DNA of 24,777 nucleotides from a virus (Duplodnaviria; Heunggongvirae; Uroviricota; Caudoviricetes): IMG/VR virus record IMGVR_UViG_2778261216_000008, positions 1 to 24,777 of that record; one strand, 5' to 3'. Shown piece by piece: positions 24,539 to 24,777 of this stretch (position 1 is its first letter; each line of letters starts with the position of its first letter). The notes under the pieces were generated by a model. It saw only the letters and a program-made list of their open reading frames with translations, ran no database searches and was not told where the DNA came from. The position numbers and the translations under genes were made by a program.

Positions 24539-24777
24539 TTTCTTTTATTACCATCCCTGAAGATAATTTTTTTAGTTGCCTGAACTTCATGATGCAAAAA
24601 CCAGATGACATATTTCACATAATAATCACGAGTGCCATAACGAATCATTGGATTACCGTAAGCGTCATCTCTTGTCTTAACCTCTCCACCATCAATCCAT
24701 TCAAGCATTCCTGTTTCGTAATTAATCATGAAGTAAGTTGCAAAGAACCGTTTAATATCATCTCGCCATTGCTTCAT
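24505..24777 (-). CDS. hypothetical protein at the window edge, weak HNH-endonuclease-like C-terminal motif
   Basis: ATG is the last three bases of the window, so the true start may lie outside; ...HHEVQATKKIIFRDGNKRNCHPNNLLLEI loosely recalls an HNH motif. Confidence 0.35.
   Translation of the reverse strand: MKQWRDDIKRFFATYFMINYETGMLEWIDGGEVKTRDDAYGNPMIRYGTRDYYVKYVIWFLHHEVQATKKIIFRDGNKRNCHPNNLLLEI

Larger units (their letters stand above)
17238..24777. mobile_element. second integrated element (AT-rich, serine-recombinase type) inserted in the same DUF72 gene; extends past the right edge
   Basis: Large serine recombinase about 70 bp from the truncated host frame; lower GC by eye; tape-measure-like gene; repeated intergenic modules. 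Confidence 0.6.

Overview
Mosaic prophage DNA, read by eye from the sequence and ORF track; no database searches were run. (1) Positions 1 to about 16.8 kb are a lambdoid-type prophage segment. Leftward operon: Cro-like repressor, a Rha-family gene, a Bro-N gene, two tandem Rha paralogues behind paralogous structured leaders, an O-like initiator containing iterons, DnaC-like loader, DnaB-like helicase, a Cys/His-rich protein and a Q (QuuD-like) antiterminator. Rightward: CI-like repressor (HTH + S24 peptidase), a block of unrecognised early-left genes including a lipoprotein of the SPFH/Band-7 family, excisionase and tyrosine integrase. (2) About 400 bp of a DUF72 (yecE-like) host gene is sandwiched between this prophage and (3) a second, more AT-rich element that opens with a large serine recombinase and carries a tape-measure-like gene and repeated intergenic modules. 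The best candidate for an undescribed system is the AT-rich two-gene operon at 369-1932 (343-aa soluble protein translationally coupled to a 4-TM membrane protein), inserted convergently just downstream of Q where lambdoid phages carry cargo. Second is the pair of ~300-nt Rha leaders with covarying tetraloop hairpins. No rRNA, CRISPR array, IS element or toxin gene was recognised, and no tRNA was recognised by eye.
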